Below, piece after piece: positions 10,208 to 18,643 of a stretch of 64,000 bases of DNA. The DNA is from an uncultured Candidatus Rokubacteria bacterium (lineage in GTDB: Bacteria > Methylomirabilota > Methylomirabilia > Rokubacteriales > CSP1-6): positions 1,344,001-1,408,000 of the forward strand of contig CAVYTA010000006.1 of assembly GCA_963771355.1 (NCBI GenBank). The letters are read 5' to 3'. The notes under the pieces were generated by a model. It saw only the letters and a program-made list of their open reading frames with translations. It searched no databases and was not told the DNA's origin. How positions within the stretch are numbered: position 1 is the stretch's first letter; the number at the start of each line of letters is the position of its first letter. Both the position numbers and the translations under genes were made by a program.

Positions 10208-10408
10208 TCACCGGTCGCGAAACTCTTCGTGCCACTTCATCTGGATAGCCTCGAGGATGCCCTCGTTGGAGGCCTTCGGATCGTCGTCGAAGTCCTCCAG
10301 CGCGATCACCCACTTGTGCAGGTCGGTGAACCGCACCGTGAGCGGGTCCGTGTCCGGATGCACGTCCATCAGCGCGATGGCGATGTCCTCCGCGTCCGAC
10401 CATTTCAT
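10208..10408 (-). CDS. iscX: Fe-S assembly protein IscX
   Basis: [13 protein letters not shown]...[10 protein letters not shown]...[20 protein letters not shown]. Confidence 0.93.
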   Translation of the reverse strand: MKWSDAEDIAIALMDVHPDTDPLTVRFTDLHKWVIALEDFDDDPKASNEGILEAIQMKWHEEFRDR

Positions 10409-10728
10409 TTCGGTATCTCCACGACGACGTCGCCTTTCACCACCGCCTGGCAGCCGAGGCGCGAGTGGAGGGTCAGCCCCTCGGCGGTGTCGAGACGGTC
10501 CTCCTCGTCGGGCTCCATGGGGGAGAGGTTGCCCTCACCCTCGCGGACGATGACGTGGCAGGTGGTGCAGGCGCAGCTGCCGCCGCAGTTGTGCTCGAGA
10601 TGGATGTCGTTCGCGAGCGCGATGTCCAGCAGCGACCCGGGCTTGCCGTGGTCGGCCAGCGGATACTTGTCGTCGTCCACCTCCACGGTGACGTCGAGGG
10701 GAAGGAAGGTCACCTTGTGCTTCGCCAT
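10405..10728 (-). CDS. fdx: ISC [2Fe-2S] ferredoxin
   Basis: [13 protein letters not shown]...SRLGCQ. Confidence 0.93.
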   Translation of the reverse strand: MAKHKVTFLPLDVTVEVDDDKYPLADHGKPGSLLDIALANDIHLEHNCGGSCACTTCHVIVREGEGNLSPMEPDEEDRLDTAEGLTLHSRLGCQAVVKGDVVVEIPK

Positions 10729-12554
10729 CAGGAAGACTCCAGGATACTGTCCGCCCGCTTGGAGGCCAGGGCCCCCTTGAGGGCGGCATCCATCATGGCC
10801 TCGGCCAGCCGCTCCGTGGCCCGATTCACTTCAGTGGTGCGCTCGTGGATGAGATCGCGGTCCGTCCCCGCGCGCGCCTCGCGCAGCCGGCCCAGCGCGG
10901 CCTCGATGCGCTCCCGCTCGCCCGGCTCGGCGAGCTGCGCAGCCTGCGCCAGGGCGCGCTGCACGTGGTTGGCCACGTTGTCGGCCTCGGTCTGCGCCTC
11001 GATGAGGAGCCGCGCGGCCACGTCGGCCTCCGCGTGCTCGAAGGACTCGTCCACCATCCGCTCCACCTCCGCCTCCGTGAGCCCGTAGGTGGGGCGCACC
11101 TCGATGGACGACTCCTTGCCCGTCCGCAGCTCCTTGGCATGGACCTGGAGGATGCCGTTGGCGTCGATCAGGAAGGTGACCTCGATCTTGGGCATGCCCG
11201 CCGGCATGGGATCGATCCCCCGCAGCTCGAAGCGGGCGAGAGAGCGGTTGTCCCGCGCCAGCTCGCGCTCCCCCTGCAGCACATGGAGGTCCACCACCGT
11301 CTGCCCGTCCACCGAGGTGGTGAACTGCTCCTTGGCCATGGTGGGGATGGTGGTATTGCGCGCGATGAGCACGCTCACGATCCCGCCCAAGGTCTCGATG
11401 CCCAGCGACAGCGGCGTGACGTCCAGCAACAGCATGTCGGTGATCCCGCCGGCCAGGATCTGGGCCTGCACCGCCGCCCCCAGCGCCACCACCTCGTCGG
11501 GATTGAGCTGGCTGTGCGGCGTCTTGCCGAACAGCGCCTCCACCCGCCGGCGCACCAGCGGCACCCGGGTGGAGCCTCCCACCAGCACCACTTCGTCCAC
11601 GTCGGCGGGCGCAAGCCCGGCGTCGCGGAGCGCCAGCCGGCAGGGGCCGAGGGTCTGCTCCACGAGGGGGCCGAAGCGCGCTTCCAGATCCTCGCGCGTG
11701 ATGTCGCGGCGGTAGACGAAGTCGCCGAACGGGATGGCGAGCTGGGTGCGCGCCTCGAAGGACAGGCGGCACTTGGCGGCTTCCGCGGCCAGCCGCAGCT
11801 CCTGCCGCGCCTCCGCGTCCCCGGAGAGGTCCGCGCCGTGCGTGGCGTGGATGTCCTCCAGGAGCCAGTCCACCAGCACCCGGTCGAAGTCGTCGCCGCC
11901 GAGGTGGGTGTCACCGTTGGTGGCGAGCACCTCGAACACCCCGTCCTTGACCCGAAGGATGGAGATGTCGAAGGTCCCGCCGCCGAGGTCGTACACCGCG
12001 ATGGTGCCCTGGGCCAGCTTCTGCAACCCATAGGCCAGCGACGCCGCGGTGGGCTCGTTGACGATGCGCAGCACCTCGAGCCCCGCGATGCGGCCAGCGT
12101 CCTTGGTGGCCTGGCGCTGGCTGTCATTGAAGTAGGCGGGCACGGTGATTACCGCCTGCTCCACTTTCTCGCCGAGCGCGGCTTCGGCCCGTTGCTTCAG
12201 CGCACGGAGGATCTGGGCGGAGACCTCGGGCGGCGTCACCTCGCGCTCCCCTACCCGGATGCGGACCACCTCGGCGGCGGGAATCACCTCGAAGGGCAGA
12301 TGGGCGAGCTCGCCCTGGACATCCTCGTAGCCCCTCCCCATCAGCCGCTTCACCGAATAAATGGTGCGGGCGGGGTTCCGGACGAGCTGGCGCCGCGCGG
12401 CGTCGCCCACCAGCACGCCCTCGGGCGTGTACGCCACGATGGAGGGCAGGAGCGCGCGACCGTCCGCGTCCGGGAGGATCCGGGGCGCGCCACGGTCGAC
12501 GTAGGCCACCAGGCTATTGGTGGTCCCGAGGTCAATGCCGACGATGTGAGACAT
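10728..12554 (-). CDS. hscA: Fe-S chaperone HscA (Hsp70)
   Basis: [31 protein letters not shown]; position in the isc operon. Confidence 0.92.
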   Translation of the reverse strand: MSHIVGIDLGTTNSLVAYVDRGAPRILPDADGRALLPSIVAYTPEGVLVGDAARRQLVRNPARTIYSVKRLMGRGYEDVQGELAHLPFEVIPAAEVVRIRVGEREVTPPEVSAQILRALKQRAEAALGEKVEQAVITVPAYFNDSQRQATKDAGRIAGLEVLRIVNEPTAASLAYGLQKLAQGTIAVYDLGGGTFDISILRVKDGVFEVLATNGDTHLGGDDFDRVLVDWLLEDIHATHGADLSGDAEARQELRLAAEAAKCRLSFEARTQLAIPFGDFVYRRDITREDLEARFGPLVEQTLGPCRLALRDAGLAPADVDEVVLVGGSTRVPLVRRRVEALFGKTPHSQLNPDEVVALGAAVQAQILAGGITDMLLLDVTPLSLGIETLGGIVSVLIARNTTIPTMAKEQFTTSVDGQTVVDLHVLQGERELARDNRSLARFELRGIDPMPAGMPKIEVTFLIDANGILQVHAKELRTGKESSIEVRPTYGLTEAEVERMVDESFEHAEADVAARLLIEAQTEADNVANHVQRALAQAAQLAEPGERERIEAALGRLREARAGTDRDLIHERTTEVNRATERLAEAMMDAALKGALASKRADSILESS

Positions 12555-13137
12555 GACTCTCCAGATCTTCTCCGAGCGCGTCGCTCAGGTCGTCGATGAC
12601 GGTGCGCAGATACGCCCGCGCGGCCAGCCGCGCCTTGAACCACTCGAGGAGCGGCCGGCGGTCGGCCCCCGCGCCCAGCGCGGCGTCCCAGTCCGCCGCC
12701 CGGCCGATGATGGCTTCCTCCTCCGTGCGCTTCCGCTCCCGCAGGCGCTCCCGCTCCTCACGGAGCTGGGCGCGAGCCGCCTCATCCATGCCCCCCGCCT
12801 TGGCTTCCTCGAGCGCCTCCTGCACGTCCATCATCTCGGCGAGGAGCTCCCGGGGCGCGACCGGGCGCTCCGTGGCGCCCTCGCGGGTGTCCCGGCCCTC
12901 TTCCAGGGCGATCAGGTACTCCACGCGCGCGAGCGGGTCCCGCAGCGCTCGATAGGCGCGGTTGACCAGGGCGGAGCGGGCAAGCGTCTTCGCCTGCGCG
13001 TCCGCGTCCGCGCCCTGATGGAAGTCCGGGTGATGCGCGCGGCTCAACTCGTAGAAGCGCGCACGGAGCGCCTCGCCGTCCACGGTGAGCTTGCGCGGTA
13101 GCCCGAACACCGCGAAGTAGTCGTCGATCCCCGTCAC
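12532..13137 (-). CDS. hscB: Fe-S co-chaperone HscB
   Basis: DYFAVFGLP...HPD J-domain...NRAYRALRDPLAR. Confidence 0.92.
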   Translation of the reverse strand: MTGIDDYFAVFGLPRKLTVDGEALRARFYELSRAHHPDFHQGADADAQAKTLARSALVNRAYRALRDPLARVEYLIALEEGRDTREGATERPVAPRELLAEMMDVQEALEEAKAGGMDEAARAQLREERERLRERKRTEEEAIIGRAADWDAALGAGADRRPLLEWFKARLAARAYLRTVIDDLSDALGEDLESHVSHRRH

Positions 13138-13166
13138 CTCACACCTCTCATCAACCTGAAGGGGCC

Positions 13167-13201
13167 ATAAAATACGAACGGGCCCGCCGGGGCCCGTTCG
13201 T
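13167..13201 (-). terminator. Stem-loop or intrinsic terminator between iscA and hscB
   Basis: Perfect 12-bp stem ACGAACGGGCCC/GGGCCCGTTCGT followed on the minus strand by ATTTTAT. Confidence 0.65.
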
Positions 13202-13222
13202 CGTCGTTCCCGGGGGCCCGAC

Positions 13223-13549
13223 CTAGGCCGAGAACGAGGTCCCGCAACCGCAGCTGGATTTCGCCTGGGGGTTCACGAAGGTGAAGCCGCCCTGCAGCCC
13301 CTCCGTCACGTAGTCGAGGGTCGTCCCGTTGAGGTAGAGGTAGCTCTTGGCGTCCACCACCACCGGCACTCCGTCGATCTCGAATGTCTTGTCGTGCTTG
13401 CCCTTCTCGGTGTCGAACTCCAGCGAGTAGGAGAGCCCGGAGCAACCGCCCCCCTTGACGCCCATGCGGAGGAAGACCTGCTCCAGCTTCTGCTCCTCCA
13501 TGAGCTTCTTCACCTGCTTCGACGCCTTCTCGGTCAGGATCACCGCCAT
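13223..13549 (-). CDS. iscA: A-type Fe-S carrier IscA
   Basis: GVKGGGCSGLSY...NPQAKSSCGCGTSF. Confidence 0.94.
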   Translation of the reverse strand: MAVILTEKASKQVKKLMEEQKLEQVFLRMGVKGGGCSGLSYSLEFDTEKGKHDKTFEIDGVPVVVDAKSYLYLNGTTLDYVTEGLQGGFTFVNPQAKSSCGCGTSFSA

Positions 13550-13585
13550 ATGGATGTGCCTCCTCGAATGGGACTCGACCCGTCC

Positions 13586-14002
13586 TTAGGACGCGCCGGC
13601 GTCCGCTCCCGCTTCCGCCTTGGCCCACTTATCCTTGTAGTCGGTGAGCGCCGCCTTGATGGCATCCTCCGCCAGCACGGAGCAGTGGATCTTCACCGGG
13701 GGCAGCTTCAGCTCATTGACGATGTCGGTGTTCTTGATCTTGGCCGCCTCGTCCACCGTGCGCCCCTTCAGCCACTCGGTGGCCAGGCTCGACGAGGCGA
13801 TCGCGCTGCCGCAGCCGAAGGTCTTGAACTTCGCGTCCTCGATGACCCCCGTCTCGACGTTGACCTTGATCTGGAGCTTCATGACGTCGCCGCACTCCGG
13901 CGCCCCCACCAGCCCTGTCCCCACTCCCGGGGTGTCCTTGCCGAAGGACCCCACGTTCCGCGGGTTGTTGTAGTGGTCGACCACCTTTTCGCTATAGGCC
14001 AT
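13586..14002 (-). CDS. iscU: Fe-S scaffold IscU
   Basis: MAYSEKVVDHYNNPRNVG, GAPECGD, KTFGCGSAIASS, LPPVKIHCS. Confidence 0.96.
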   Translation of the reverse strand: MAYSEKVVDHYNNPRNVGSFGKDTPGVGTGLVGAPECGDVMKLQIKVNVETGVIEDAKFKTFGCGSAIASSSLATEWLKGRTVDEAAKIKNTDIVNELKLPPVKIHCSVLAEDAIKAALTDYKDKWAKAEAGADAGAS

Positions 14003-14035
14003 GGCTCATCCGCCTCCTGATCGGCGCCGGCGCCG

Positions 14036-15262
14036 CTATTCAGCCTTCCACTTGATGGTCTTGAGATCCACGCCTTCCTTGGCGAGCTCGTAGAGCGGCG
14101 ACATTTCGCGGAGCCGCTGCACCACGTCCACCGTGCGCGCCGCCACGAAGTCCACCTCTTCCTCGGTGCTGAACCGGTGCAGGCCGAAGCGGATGGACGA
14201 GTGCGCCAGCTCCGCGTTCACCCCGAGCGCCGAGATCACGTAGGAGGGTTCGAGGGTCGACGACGTGCAGGCAGAGCCGGAGGCCAGGGCCACTTCCTTG
14301 TTGAGCCCCATCAGCACCGACTCCCCCTCGACATAGGCGAAGGAAATGTTGAGATTGTGGGGCAGCCGCCGCTCGGGATGACCGTTGAGGAACGCCTCGT
14401 CCACCCGGGACAGGATGGCGTCCTGCAGCCGGTCCCGCAGCCCGGCCAGCCGCTTCGACTCGTCCGGCATCACCTCGCGACAGATCTCGGCCGCGCGGCC
14501 GAAGCCCACCGCCAGCGGCACCGGCACCGTGCCCGACCGCATTCCGCGCTCGTGGCCGCCGCCGTCGATCATCGGCGCCAGCCGCACCCGCGGGCCCTTC
14601 CGCCGGACGTAGAGGGCTCCCACGCCCTTGGGTCCGTAGAGCATGTGCGAGGTCGAGGACAGCAGATCGATCCCCATCGCCTCCACGTCCACCGGCACCT
14701 TGCCCACCGCCTGAGTGGCGTCGGTATGGAAGACGATGCCCTTTTCCTTGGCGAGCGCGCCGATGGCCGCGATGTCCTGAACGGTGCCGATCTCGTTATT
14801 GGCGAGCATCACCGAGATCAGGATGGTCTTGTCCGTCAGGGCGGCGCGAATCGCCTCGGGATCCACCAGGCCGTCGGCGCCCACCGCGAGATAGGTCACC
14901 GCGAATCCCTGCCGCTCGAGCCGCTTGCACACGTCGAGCCCCGCCCGCTGCTCGATGGCGGTGGTCACGATGTGATTGCCCTTCTCGCGGTACATCTCGG
15001 CCACGCCCTTCAGCGCCAGGTTGATGGACTCGGTGCCCCCCGACGTGAAGACCAGCTCCTTGGGGTCGCGGGCGCCGATCAGCTTGGCAAGCTCACCGCG
15101 CGCCCGGTCCACTGCGCCCTCCGCCTCCCACCCGAAGGGGTGGTTGCGGCTCGCCGGATGCCCGAACTTCTCGGTGAAGTACGGCAGCATGGCGTCCAGC
15201 ACCCGCGGGTCCACCGGCGTGGTGGACTGGCTATCCATGAAGATCGGCAGCTTCAACGTCAT
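14036..15262 (-). CDS. iscS: Cysteine desulfurase IscS
   Basis: TTPVDPRV, FTSGGTES, SGSACTS and the LREMSPLYE...IKW IscS tail. The usual PLP-binding HK reads SHMLYGPKG here. Confidence 0.9.
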   Translation of the reverse strand: MTLKLPIFMDSQSTTPVDPRVLDAMLPYFTEKFGHPASRNHPFGWEAEGAVDRARGELAKLIGARDPKELVFTSGGTESINLALKGVAEMYREKGNHIVTTAIEQRAGLDVCKRLERQGFAVTYLAVGADGLVDPEAIRAALTDKTILISVMLANNEIGTVQDIAAIGALAKEKGIVFHTDATQAVGKVPVDVEAMGIDLLSSTSHMLYGPKGVGALYVRRKGPRVRLAPMIDGGGHERGMRSGTVPVPLAVGFGRAAEICREVMPDESKRLAGLRDRLQDAILSRVDEAFLNGHPERRLPHNLNISFAYVEGESVLMGLNKEVALASGSACTSSTLEPSYVISALGVNAELAHSSIRFGLHRFSTEEEVDFVAARTVDVVQRLREMSPLYELAKEGVDLKTIKWKAE

Positions 15263-15284
15263 CGGTCTCCGTCTCCCCTCTCGT

Positions 15285-15722
15285 CTATCGGGTCGCGGTC
15301 AGCGCCGCCACCGGAACCACCGCGTCGGCGCCAAGCTCGGCCAGTGTCATGCCGTCCAGCATCGAGGTGATGCTCGCCTGGATCTTCTGCACGGGCAGCC
15401 GCAGGTTGCAGCGCGAGTACTGCGGGCAGTGATCGTCCACCACGCAGCTCGTGATCTGCACCGGCCCCTCGAGCGCCCGCAGCACCTGCCCCACCGTGAT
15501 GTCGTGCCGCGGGCGGGCGAGGACGTAGCCGCCCTTCGGCCCGTTGTGGCTCACGATCAGCTTCTTCTTGGCCAGCCGCTGGAGGATCTTGGCCAGCAGC
15601 TCCGCCGGGATATTGAACTCCTCGGCGATCCGCTTCGCACTCACCGCCGCTTCGTCCGGATGCGCGGCGATGTAGTAGACGGCCATCAACCCGTAGTCGG
15701 CCCGCTTCGTGAACCGCAGCAT
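15285..15722 (-). CDS. iscR: Rrf2-family regulator (IscR-like)
   Basis: KRADYGL, GPKGGYVLAR, three Cys (CVVDDHCPQYSRC); first gene of the isc operon. Confidence 0.85.
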   Translation of the reverse strand: MLRFTKRADYGLMAVYYIAAHPDEAAVSAKRIAEEFNIPAELLAKILQRLAKKKLIVSHNGPKGGYVLARPRHDITVGQVLRALEGPVQITSCVVDDHCPQYSRCNLRLPVQKIQASITSMLDGMTLAELGADAVVPVAALTATR

Positions 15723-15743
15723 TTCGTGTCCCGACCCCCGGCT

Positions 15744-15809
15744 ATATCCGACCGTTTCTATCGGCGACCGTTATGGTCGGAGTTTGCTCCCCCCGGCCCG
15801 GGAAGTCAA
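15744..15809 (-). promoter_or_regulatory. isc promoter with two tandem IscR type-1-like operators
   Basis: Minus strand TTGACT-17-CAAACT (15781-15809). Operators ATATCCGACCGTTTCTATCGG and GACC-GTTAT-GGTCGG (15744-15785). Confidence 0.65.
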
Positions 15810-15818
15810 CCGATTCCT

Positions 15819-16847
15819 CTATTTTTCCAATGAGACCCAGGCCTCCCTCAGGCGGGCGGCAGCCTCCTCGGGGGCGAGGTTATTGACGTAGATCCCCCCG
15901 ATACGCTTGAGGCGCTCTGGGCTCGGCAAGATACCGATATGCCAGTGATAATCGTCGGCGAGGGTGGCCCATTCTCCTGGCATCACCTTGGAGGCCCGAT
16001 TGGGGGCGTTGTAGAGTGCCATTTCCAGGGAGGGGTCCCCCAGCGCGTCGGTGAAGGTCCGGAAGCTGCCCCCGAGCACCCGGGCCAGATCGGCCACCAG
16101 GTCGCCGGAGAGCGCATCCTCATAGGCGGCCGCGTGCTGTCGGGGCAGGATCCACGTCTCGAACGGCGCCCGCGCCGCATAGGGCACGACGACCACGAAC
16201 CGCTCCGTCTCGTGGATCACCCGCTCACGGTCGGCCAGCTCCTGCCGGATGATGTCGCAGTAGATGCAGCGATGCTTGTAGCGGTAGTAGTCGCGCGCCT
16301 CGTCGAGCTTGCGACGGCCCTCGTCGAAAATGATGGGAATGGCGGTGAGACGGGAGTAGGGATGCCGGATGCGCGAGGCCGTGCGGGGGTGCCGCCGGGT
16401 GACGAGGATGTCGCGGATGGCGAGGTCGCGCTTCAGGTCACGGATCCGCTCGCCGTACATCCAGAGAACCCGCTCCCACTGTGCCTCCGGCATGGTGGCA
16501 GGCGTGTCGTCGTGACGCGGGCTCTCCACGATGAGCTCGGTGGCTCCCCGGGGCGTGATCTTGTCATAGAGGCCCACCCCCTCGCGCAAGAGCGGGAGCT
16601 CGATGCGAAAATACGGATCGCGCTCGGGGATGGCGCGCACCGACCAGTCCCCACTGTTGGCGGGCGCGCCGTCTTTTCGATAGCACGCGGTCTCGGGCGG
16701 CGTGAGCCGCTCATTTCCTGGGCAAAAGGGACACTCGCCCTCATGCGCGCTGGCGCTGCCGGGCGGGCGCACGAGCACCCACTGGCCTCTCGTGGGATCC
16801 TTGCGCAACTCGCTCAGGGAAGATTCGCTCGCGGCGGACTCGCTCAT
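15819..16847 (-). CDS. GalT/HIT-superfamily uridylyltransferase-like protein with degenerate active site
   Basis: ELRKDP...W, CPFCPGNE, ELIVESPRH, CIYCD, APFETWILP and DYHWH are retained, but HPHSQ is replaced by HPYSR. Confidence 0.85.
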   Translation of the reverse strand: MSESAASESSLSELRKDPTRGQWVLVRPPGSASAHEGECPFCPGNERLTPPETACYRKDGAPANSGDWSVRAIPERDPYFRIELPLLREGVGLYDKITPRGATELIVESPRHDDTPATMPEAQWERVLWMYGERIRDLKRDLAIRDILVTRRHPRTASRIRHPYSRLTAIPIIFDEGRRKLDEARDYYRYKHRCIYCDIIRQELADRERVIHETERFVVVVPYAARAPFETWILPRQHAAAYEDALSGDLVADLARVLGGSFRTFTDALGDPSLEMALYNAPNRASKVMPGEWATLADDYHWHIGILPSPERLKRIGGIYVNNLAPEEAAARLREAWVSLEK

Positions 16848-17019
16848 GGCCCGGTCACGATAGAGAATGCGCCGCGGCAAGTCAACCGGACGGGTCGCCA
16901 GCCCGGTAATTACGACTCGGTAGCGGTGATCCGAGTGGCTCCTTCTTCGACAGGCGCGGCGCGCAAGTGCTCACGGAGTCGGTCGAAAGACGGGCATGAT
17001 TTTTGTAACGATTACTGTC

Positions 17020-17892
17020 ATGAGTGATTCTCTCGCACGCCTCTACTCCGGCCGGCCGCCTGTCCGCGCCCAGGTCGAGCAGGAAGGGGCCGCGGCGCGC
17101 CGCCGGTATCGTCGCGCCCTCATGGCGCTCACGCGGTCGGGCTTGCCGTTCCTCGTGGGCGGCGCCTATGCGCTCGAGCACTACACGACCATTGCGCGGT
17201 GGACCAAGGACCTCGACATCTTCGTGCTGCCTGGTGACGTGGACGGCTGCCTGGACGCGCTGACCTCCGCCGGTTTCGAGACGGAGATCGCGTTCCCGCA
17301 CTGGCTCGCCAAGGCCTATGCGGGCCGCGACTTCATCGACCTGATCTTCAGCTCCGGCAACGGGGTCGCGGAAGTGGACGACGAGTGGATGGCCCACGCC
17401 ACCCCCGGTCATGTCCTCGGCCTGCCGGTTCCCCTCTGTCCGGCGGAGGAGATGATCTGGTCCAAGGCGTTCGTCGCCGAGCGCGAGCGTTATGACGGGG
17501 CCGACATCGCTCATCTCATCCGTGCCTGCCACGCCGGGCTCGACTGGGAGCGCTTGGTCCGACGCTTCGGCGCGCACTGGCGCGTGCTGCTCAGCCATCT
17601 GCTGCTCTTCGAGTTCGTGTATCCTTCCGAGCCGGCGCCAGAGGCGCGCCACTGGGCCCGCGTGCTCGCCCGGCGACTCGAGGCGGCCGGGAGCGTGCCC
17701 GATGCGAGCGAGCGCATCTGCCAGGGCTCCCTCCTGTCCCGCTCCCAGTACCTCCCCGACATCGTCGCATGGGGATATGGGGACGCGCGGCTGCGCCCGC
17801 ACGGGCGCATGAGCGAGGAGGCGGTGCAGCAGTGGACGGACGCCATCGACGAGGACGAGGAGGGCCCGCGTGCGCATCGCAGCGGTGGGTGA
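17020..17892 (+). CDS. Uncharacterised nucleotidyltransferase-fold protein
   Basis: FLVGGAYAL...TKDLDIF (GG...DxD motif); WLAKA, SKAFV.ERERYDGADIAH. Confidence 0.8.
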   Translation: MSDSLARLYSGRPPVRAQVEQEGAAARRRYRRALMALTRSGLPFLVGGAYALEHYTTIARWTKDLDIFVLPGDVDGCLDALTSAGFETEIAFPHWLAKAYAGRDFIDLIFSSGNGVAEVDDEWMAHATPGHVLGLPVPLCPAEEMIWSKAFVAERERYDGADIAHLIRACHAGLDWERLVRRFGAHWRVLLSHLLLFEFVYPSEPAPEARHWARVLARRLEAAGSVPDASERICQGSLLSRSQYLPDIVAWGYGDARLRPHGRMSEEAVQQWTDAIDEDEEGPRAHRSGG

Positions 17893-18637
17893 CCTTCACT
17901 GCGGCGTCGGGTCGGCGGGAGCCCTGGAGCCATTGTTCGGCGCCATGAGCCGCGCCGCCGACGTGCTCGTCCTCTGCGGCGACCTCACCGATTACGGGCT
18001 GCCCGATGAGGCGCAGGTGCTGGCGCGCGAGCTCCAGGTCGCCAGCCCGGCGCCGATGATCGCCGTGCTCGGCAACCACGACTTCGAGTCTGGGGCCGCC
18101 GACCAGGTGCGGGGCATCCTCGAGGACGCCGGTGTCCACGTGCTCGACGGCGGCACCCACGTAGTCGGCGGGGTGGGCTTCGCGGGCGTCAAGGGCCTGG
18201 GCGGCGGGTTCGGCGAGCGTGCGCTACAGCCCTGGGGCGAGGAGGTCATGAAACGCCTGGTGCACGAGGCGGTGGGAGAAGCGCTCAAGCTCGAATCCGC
18301 CCTGGCCCGCCTCCACACCTCGGTACGCGTGGCCGTACTGCACTACTCACCCATCCGCGGCACCGTGGAGGGCGAGCCGCCCGAAATTTTCGCGTTCCTG
18401 GGTTCGAGCCGGCTCGAGGAGCCGCTGGTTCGGTACTCGGTCACCCTGGCGCTGCACGGTCATGCGCATCGCGGCTCGCTGGAGGGGCGCATCCGGACCG
18501 GCGCGCCGGTGTACAACGTCTGCCTGCCGCTCCTGCGCGCGGCCTTTCCCGGGGAGCCGCCGTTCCGCCTGATCGACCTCGGCGAGATTCCCGAAGTCGA
18601 GCCGGCAGCAGCGCCCGCGGCGGGCGTCGGTCTTTAG
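17870..18637 (+). CDS. Calcineurin-like metallophosphoesterase
   Basis: GDLH, GDLTD, GNHD, LHY and HGHAH motifs; overlaps the upstream gene. Confidence 0.9.
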   Translation: MRIAAVGDLHCGVGSAGALEPLFGAMSRAADVLVLCGDLTDYGLPDEAQVLARELQVASPAPMIAVLGNHDFESGAADQVRGILEDAGVHVLDGGTHVVGGVGFAGVKGLGGGFGERALQPWGEEVMKRLVHEAVGEALKLESALARLHTSVRVAVLHYSPIRGTVEGEPPEIFAFLGSSRLEEPLVRYSVTLALHGHAHRGSLEGRIRTGAPVYNVCLPLLRAAFPGEPPFRLIDLGEIPEVEPAAAPAAGVGL

Positions 18638-18643
18638 TGCGGG

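Noticed and set aside
16990..17010. sigma54-like promoter (GGCATGATTTTTGTA) before the NTase gene
   Set aside because: The -12 element is GT rather than GC, which is too weak to call without data.
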